Source: an uncultured bacterium
Lineage (GTDB): Bacteria > Verrucomicrobiota > Verrucomicrobiia > Limisphaerales > UBA8199
Reading direction: 5' to 3'
NCBI GenBank assembly: GCA_963749495.1
Contig: CAVVMW010000004.1
Span: 736,001-800,000 of the forward strand
Length of the DNA stretch: 64,000 nucleotides
In this document: positions 63,027 to 64,000 of the stretch, one piece after another
Layout: the number at the start of each line of letters is the position of its first letter
Numbering within the stretch: position 1 is the stretch's first letter
Made by a program: the position numbers and the translations under genes
Notes under the pieces: model-generated
What the model saw: the letters and a program-made list of their open reading frames with translations, nothing else
The model's database searches: none
What the model was told of the DNA's origin: nothing

Positions 63027-63977
63027 ATGATGACGATTCCTGAAATCCTGAAAGAACTGGAGCCGTACACCGGGCGATTCCCGATGGAGGCCATGGAGGC
63101 TGCCATTGCGCAGGGCGAGGCCATCACGCCGGAGTTGCTGCGCGTGGTGGAGGCCGTGGCAGAGAACCCCACAGGGTTCGCCTCACGGCAGGATTACATG
63201 CTGCACGTGTTCGCGCTGTTCCTGCTGGCCCAGTTCCGCGAGAAACGCGCCTACCCCGCCATCGTCAAGATGTTCAGTGCGCCCGGTGAGACCCCGTTCG
63301 ACCTGGCGGGCGACACCGTGACCGAAGGGCTGAGCCAGATTTTCGCCTCGGTGTACGACGGCAACCCCGCTCCGTTGCACGGTCTTGTCGAGAGCGAAGA
63401 GGTCAATGAGTTCGTGCGCAATGCCGCGCTCAACGCCTTCTTGGTGCTGGAGCACACGGGCCTGATGCCCCGCGCCGAGGTGGTTGAGTATCTCCGCAGC
63501 CTTTTCCACGGAAGACTCAAGCGTGAGCATTCGTATGCCTGGGACAGCTTGGTCTGCGCGGTGGCCGACCTGCCTGCGCCGGAGTTGCTGGAAGACGTGC
63601 GGCAGGCGTACGCCGACGGCCTGATTGATGCTGCGGTTGCCGGCCTTCAGGGCATCGAGCGCGATGTGGCCGCGCCGGAGCCGTGGCGCCTTGAGGGGCG
63701 CACCCTCATCACGGATGCCATCAACGAAATGGAATGGTGGGTGTCGTTTCACCCAGAGGACTCGCAGCCCCCGGAGCCGCCGGAGGTCGAGCCTCCCCCG
63801 CCGCCGCCCCTGCCCCCATCACCTCCGCCTGTTGAGTGCGTGCCCCTGCCCCCGTCACCTCCGCCTGTTGAGTACGTGCCCCCGCAACCGTTCGTCCGGC
63901 AGCCCAAAATTGGCCGCAACGACCCGTGCCCGTGCGGCAGCGGCAAGAAATACAAGAAGTGCTGCGGAAAGGGCTGA
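63027..63977 (+). CDS. DUF1186 + SEC-C motif protein
   Basis: [15 protein letters not shown]...[26 protein letters not shown]; 36-bp tandem duplication in the Pro linker (63806-63877). Confidence 0.9.
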   Translation: MMTIPEILKELEPYTGRFPMEAMEAAIAQGEAITPELLRVVEAVAENPTGFASRQDYMLHVFALFLLAQFREKRAYPAIVKMFSAPGETPFDLAGDTVTEGLSQIFASVYDGNPAPLHGLVESEEVNEFVRNAALNAFLVLEHTGLMPRAEVVEYLRSLFHGRLKREHSYAWDSLVCAVADLPAPELLEDVRQAYADGLIDAAVAGLQGIERDVAAPEPWRLEGRTLITDAINEMEWWVSFHPEDSQPPEPPEVEPPPPPPLPPSPPPVECVPLPPSPPPVEYVPPQPFVRQPKIGRNDPCPCGSGKKYKKCCGKG

Positions 63978-64000
63978 ACGGTGGAGGCGAACACCGACGA

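Overview
GC-rich bacterial window, most likely Verrucomicrobiota of the Pedosphaerales/Limisphaerales type. This is inferred from the prepilin/H-X9-DG protein, the GloVer-repeat and BspA proteins with '..RFYR..' tails, and the many secreted glycosidases. Positions 1-16 kb hold the respiratory complex I genes nuoE-F-G-H-I-J-K-L-M-N. Their junctions are unusually crowded: an antisense tRNA-Gln with its own promoter, orphan antitoxin genes, gene stubs, a 2.1-kb IS and several families of short palindromic repeats. Positions 16-64 kb are an accessory mosaic. It contains IS630, IS1380, an IS5-like element, an IS21 remnant and a 160-bp MITE; a sigma54 activator/AhpD unit; an HU and basic-protein cluster; GH95, GH5-GH95 and GH2 glycosidases; TA modules; a ModE regulator with a ModE box upstream of a beta-barrel gene; surface repeat proteins; and many truncated or chimeric fragments. 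The most striking observation is that the IS1380 transposase is broken twice by the same perfect 20-bp palindrome, CCTGCCTGCCGGCAGGCAGG (28147-28166 and 29006-29025). Removing both copies restores one 455-aa ORF, which points to an ultra-small palindromic insertion element. Most other frameshifts are single-base indels, many in homopolymers, and are probably sequencing errors. Family assignments come from motif recognition only; no searches were run.
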